From the NCBI GenBank assembly GCA_043803405.1, contig JAZDKB010000018.1, positions 160,001-224,000 on the forward strand: DNA of 64,000 bases, given 5' to 3'. Position numbers and translations under genes: made by a program. The notes below the pieces were generated by a model. That model was not told the DNA's origin. It did no database searches and saw nothing but the letters and a program-made list of their open reading frames with translations. The first letter of the stretch is position 1. Every line of letters starts with the position of its first letter. Below, one piece after another: positions 60,188-64,000 of the stretch. The stretch comes from Spirochaetota bacterium (GTDB taxonomy: Bacteria > Spirochaetota > UBA4802 > JAFGDQ01).

Positions 60188-60314
60188 TGATAATAAGGAT
60201 ACTCATATTTTTATCCTTGAGAAGGGCAAAAATATATTAAAATCTTAAAACAAAAAGTCTGATATACGGCAGGTAATATACTGCCGTCAAAACAATTTAT
60301 TAAGGAGTTAAGAC

Positions 60315-61082
60315 ATGAAAAGGGAGGTCAAATCAATACTGCCGGCAATGTCCATCGGATTATTAATTTTATTTATAGGAATAGGCAGCATACAACTAAA
60401 AGCCCAAGCCCCTGCAACAACGGCTCCGGCTACTACAACAGCTCCAGCACAGAGCGCTCAGAAACAACAATCCGGCCTTTATGAAGACTGGATGAGTGAT
60501 TTTGAAACCTGTGAAGACTGGAGAGCGCTTTCAACAACACCGCTCGGTGACTCAAAAATAAGAAAAATACCGGGAAAGCCGAGACCAATGGATGATCAGG
60601 GGAATGTCACTGAATTTCCGAACGAGATTACTGATGAAAACGGAATAACACATAAAAATGAGAATGTGCTCGGAGTTAAGGGTTATGTTATAGATAGAGG
60701 ATTTGACAGGGTAGAAGTTCTCCCTCCAAATGAATTTATTATTCGCGGAAAAGCGAAAGAATTAAAAGTCTGGGCATTAGGCAGAAAGTTCAGACATACA
60801 TTATTTGTAAAATTCAGAGATTACAGAGGAAAATTCCATAAAATTAAAGTTGGCAGACTGGATTTCTGGGGATGGAGAGAAATGTCGGTTATTATACCCG
60901 GATGGATACCGCAGTCTGCAACTTATGCCATGCTGGATAAAAACCTTCATTTTGTATCCTTTTTTATTGAAAGCGACCGGTATGAAGTGCCTGGAACTTA
61001 TTATGTTTATTTAGATAACTTCAGGATATTAACCGATCTGTCCGAATTTACAGGCGATACTTTCATTAAAGATACATGGTAA
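60315..61082 (+). CDS. flaA: Flagellar sheath protein FlaA (paralogue 1)
   Basis: Signal peptide; SDFET, VLGVK, LKVWALGR, LDFWGWREM, YLDNFRILTD. Confidence 0.88.
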   Translation: MKREVKSILPAMSIGLLILFIGIGSIQLKAQAPATTAPATTTAPAQSAQKQQSGLYEDWMSDFETCEDWRALSTTPLGDSKIRKIPGKPRPMDDQGNVTEFPNEITDENGITHKNENVLGVKGYVIDRGFDRVEVLPPNEFIIRGKAKELKVWALGRKFRHTLFVKFRDYRGKFHKIKVGRLDFWGWREMSVIIPGWIPQSATYAMLDKNLHFVSFFIESDRYEVPGTYYVYLDNFRILTDLSEFTGDTFIKDTW

Positions 61083-61136
61083 AATCTGCCAGATACCAGA
61101 TAAAAATGCAGATAAGAATCGACAAGGAGGCGATAT

Positions 61137-62009
61137 ATGAAAAATAATAAATACAAGGTTTTTTCGATAATAGCAATTTTTCTCGCTGTTTTAATTTTTG
61201 GATTCCCCGGAGCTAAGACAGCTAATTCAAAAGTAATAACCAATGTTCCGGCAGACATCAGCTCAAAAGAATTAAGGGCTGTTGTAGTCGAGGATTTTGA
61301 AACACCTGCCGAATATACGCTGGAGACAGTCCCGAAGAAGAATACTGATCCTAAGAGGGATCCTGTCCCCACGCTTCAACTGAAATATATTGACAGCGGG
61401 CCCGCGGATTTGAAGGCTGAAAAATGGAGCGCAGATAAGAAAGGAATGGAAAAGAAAAAAGTCCTCGGGGTCCACTTCAGATTCAAATATCCGGGATATA
61501 ACCGCGTAGATATTATTCCGCCGCTGGAAGTACAATGGGATGACCCCAGCCGGAAAATTACTACATACGATTCCAGAACAGGAAAATATATTCAGGAAAA
61601 CGCGATTCAACTGCCAGGACAGGCAAGAGGATTGTCTATGTGGGTACACGGCAGAGGAGATGATTATTATCTGGATTGCTGGGTTAAGGACTGGAAAGGA
61701 GAAGTGCATATCCTTAAATTCGGGTCTCTCAATTATGTAGGCTGGAAGCCTTTGATGGCGGAAATACCTCGTTATATTCCGCAGGAAGTGGAAACTTATC
61801 CTCAGACAAAACTACTAAAAGTAATAAGATTTGTAATAAGGTCAACACCTGACGCAGCAGCACAGGATACATATATATTCTTTGATCAGCTGAAAGTGCT
61901 GACCGATATTTATGAAGTAAATTTTGACGGACAGGAACTTGATAAAGCTTTTAATGACGGCAGTGCGCCTTCAACAGCGCCAAGCAGCACGCCTAAAGAA
62001 AAGAAGTAA
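61137..62009 (+). CDS. flaA: Flagellar sheath protein FlaA (paralogue 2)
   Basis: Signal peptide; VEDFE, VLGVHF, LSMWVHGR, LNYVGWKPL, FFDQLKVLTD. Confidence 0.88.
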   Translation: MKNNKYKVFSIIAIFLAVLIFGFPGAKTANSKVITNVPADISSKELRAVVVEDFETPAEYTLETVPKKNTDPKRDPVPTLQLKYIDSGPADLKAEKWSADKKGMEKKKVLGVHFRFKYPGYNRVDIIPPLEVQWDDPSRKITTYDSRTGKYIQENAIQLPGQARGLSMWVHGRGDDYYLDCWVKDWKGEVHILKFGSLNYVGWKPLMAEIPRYIPQEVETYPQTKLLKVIRFVIRSTPDAAAQDTYIFFDQLKVLTDIYEVNFDGQELDKAFNDGSAPSTAPSSTPKEKK

Positions 62010-62045
62010 ACATATTTAATTTTTTCATAATACATCCTGAAGCAA

Positions 62046-62082
62046 AATACCCATCCTTTAATTGTGATGGGTATTCTGTTTT
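62046..62082 (+). terminator. Intrinsic terminator after the flaA pair
   Basis: AATACCCATC..GATGGGTATT followed by CTGTTTTT. Confidence 0.7.
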
Positions 62083-62237
62083 TGTAATATATCAGATTTT
62101 TTTATTTCAAGGCGGAAGGCGTGCGATAGCATCGGGGATTTGCCCTAGGGAATTTTACTAAGCCATGAATCTGATTATAGTGATGCTTCTATAAATTATG
62201 ATGAAACATAATATTAAATTATTAACCAGGCACAGAT

Positions 62238-64000
62238 ATGGATAAAGAGAAAACAATGGATAAAGAGAAAATATTAGAACGACTTAAATCATTATTTAAA
62301 GAAGAACAGTGGGGAAGAATAGATCCCAAGGATATAGGCATCTCCAAATTCAAAATTCTGGATGATATTTTCAACAATCTTGTAAGTGCCGGATTGCTTA
62401 AAGATGCATCAGTTGAATGCAAAACATATCTTACGGAACATCCTGACTCAATAATTGCATCATATTTAGTTGGCTGCATGGGCCATCATTTGGGACAAAT
62501 CGAAGACACGATACAATTAAGATTATTAATAGATCTTTTTACAAAAAATCATAAATGGGCAATAGTAGAATTATTATCGGAAAAAGTACTTGAATACGGA
62601 GAGAACAGGATTGCTCTAAAGGCGCTTGCTACAAGTCTTGAGCGGCTTGGCAGGAACAGAGAGGCCACTCCTGTGTGGGAAAATCTTCTTAAACTGGACA
62701 GATTCGATACTGAGGTTGCAAAAAAACTTGCATTTGCTATTATCGACGAGGATCCGGAGAAAAGCGCCCAGTATATGAAGCTTTCAATAGAAGGATTTAT
62801 AAAAAACGGTGAATTTAATGAGATTTTAGCACTATGGAATAAATTAATTTCTATTTCTTATGAAGATACTCAGTTTTTTGACAGAATAGAGAGAATGCTT
62901 GTTGAGTCCAAACATCTGGAATTAACGGCAACATTGCTTAAATCCCTTTTTCAAAAACATAAGGATGATGAAAATCCGAATCAATCAATAGAGATTCTAA
63001 AGAAAATACTGGATTACTCTCCTGAGGATATAAATTCAAGAAAGGAATTGATTAAATTTTATTTAAAAAAATACGGCAATCATTCTCAATATGAGCAATT
63101 TTTAAAACTTTCAAAATTGAATAATTTCAAATATCCCGTGAAGCACGCTATTCAGGATTTTGAAAAAAATATAGTTTTCGATAAAGGTAATTACGTTTAT
63201 CACAGATCATGGGGAGTTGGTAAGATTTCCGATATTGAGAATGAATTTATCGTAGTCGATTTTAAGGAAAAAACAGGGCATAAAATGTCTATCCAGATGG
63301 CGCTTCAATCTCTAATGCCCATAGGAAAAAACCACATATATGCGATGGAGCATGAAGACCCGCAAACCCTTCATGCTTTGTTCAAAGATCAATTTATAGA
63401 TTTTTTTGAAATATTAATAAATTCATTTGAAGGAAATATATTTTTAAATGATATAAAAAAAGAGCTGATCCCGAAATATGTAAGCCTTAAAGAATGGTCA
63501 AAATGGTGGGCAAGGGCGAGAACTGAAATTAAAAAGAATCCTCATTATGGCGTTTCATTAAAGAAAAAAGATTTAATTTCACTCAGGGACAAACCTTTGA
63601 CATTTGCCGATGAATTGCTGGACAATTTTATTAAGTCAGGATCATTCAGCGAAAAGCTGGATATTGCAATAGAATTTGTCAATAATATTGAGAGCGAGGA
63701 AGGAAAACCTGTTGCGCAGTATTTTCTGGATTATTTCAGTTCTCAGACAAAGGAAGGGTCTCCTACAAAGGAGATATTGTCATATTTTATTCTTAATGGA
63801 TTTTCAAAATTTATCGATTCGCAAAAATTGAAGCTTGATGCCATACTTGCAAAAATTACTCAATTCATTAAATCGAGCAATGATCTTCCATTGATTTCAA
63901 GAAAAATAACAAGCTATGACTATAAAAAGGATTTCATTAATTTAATCGAAAATACAAGGGAAGACTGGCCTAGTGTAGTATCCGGAATATTATTTGAAAC
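62238..64000 (+). CDS. greA: Spirochaete-type long GreA, N-terminal part (runs off the window)
   Basis: Not in the ORF track because it is open-ended. MDKEKTMDKEKILERLKSLFKEEQWGR..KWAIVELLSEKVLEYGENRIALK..FDKGNYVYHRSWGVGKI..MALQSL. Recognised as the N-terminal extension of spirochaetal GreA; the Gre domain itself is outside the window. Confidence 0.75.
   Translation, partial: MDKEKTMDKEKILERLKSLFKEEQWGRIDPKDIGISKFKILDDIFNNLVSAGLLKDASVECKTYLTEHPDSIIASYLVGCMGHHLGQIEDTIQLRLLIDLFTKNHKWAIVELLSEKVLEYGENRIALKALATSLERLGRNREATPVWENLLKLDRFDTEVAKKLAFAIIDEDPEKSAQYMKLSIEGFIKNGEFNEILALWNKLISISYEDTQFFDRIERMLVESKHLELTATLLKSLFQKHKDDENPNQSIEILKKILDYSPEDINSRKELIKFYLKKYGNHSQYEQFLKLSKLNNFKYPVKHAIQDFEKNIVFDKGNYVYHRSWGVGKISDIENEFIVVDFKEKTGHKMSIQMALQSLMPIGKNHIYAMEHEDPQTLHALFKDQFIDFFEILINSFEGNIFLNDIKKELIPKYVSLKEWSKWWARARTEIKKNPHYGVSLKKKDLISLRDKPLTFADELLDNFIKSGSFSEKLDIAIEFVNNIESEEGKPVAQYFLDYFSSQTKEGSPTKEILSYFILNGFSKFIDSQKLKLDAILAKITQFIKSSNDLPLISRKITSYDYKKDFINLIENTREDWPSVVSGILFE

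Noticed and set aside
1..64000. CRISPR array or cas genes (prompted by the caspase-sigma module)
   Set aside because: No regularly spaced repeats with unique spacers and no Cas-like ORFs seen.

Overview
AT-rich bacterial chromosome segment, most likely from a Leptospira-related spirochaete (tandem flaA paralogues followed by a long N-terminally extended GreA; lpxB and an lptE-like gene present). The left ~28 kb is accessory. It holds the start of a FabZ-like/FabG/LolA-like/DUF3261 lipid cluster, an aldehyde dehydrogenase, a PadR-ABC-LolA-like-OM barrel operon, rubrerythrin, a thioesterase, a VWA lipoprotein, a B12 radical SAM enzyme, an HD-GYP protein and a peroxiredoxin. It ends with a block of OM barrel, exbB-exbD-tonB, TonB-dependent receptor, ECF sigma, anti-sigma and an exported caspase, next to tRNA-Trp. 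The right ~36 kb is mostly housekeeping and signalling: purF, class I adenylate cyclase, holA, lptE-like, GH13-glycogen synthase fusion, CBS protein, two cNMP-GGDEF paralogues, J-protein, ClC, RNHCP-rsgA, MtfA-like peptidase, asnB, ybaK, methyltransferase, lpxB, dprA, VapBC-like pair, amtB-glnK, rpmE, rho, flaA x2 and greA. The three best candidates for undescribed systems are: (1) an ECF sigma/anti-sigma/exported caspase module with a shared GTRACA-N17-TGTTKAAT promoter motif in front of itself, the TonB receptor and the barrel-exbBD-tonB block; (2) a leader-peptide translational switch in front of RNHCP-rsgA; (3) a cNMP-GGDEF pair with complementary active-site losses. All calls come from manual reading of motifs; no database searches were run.
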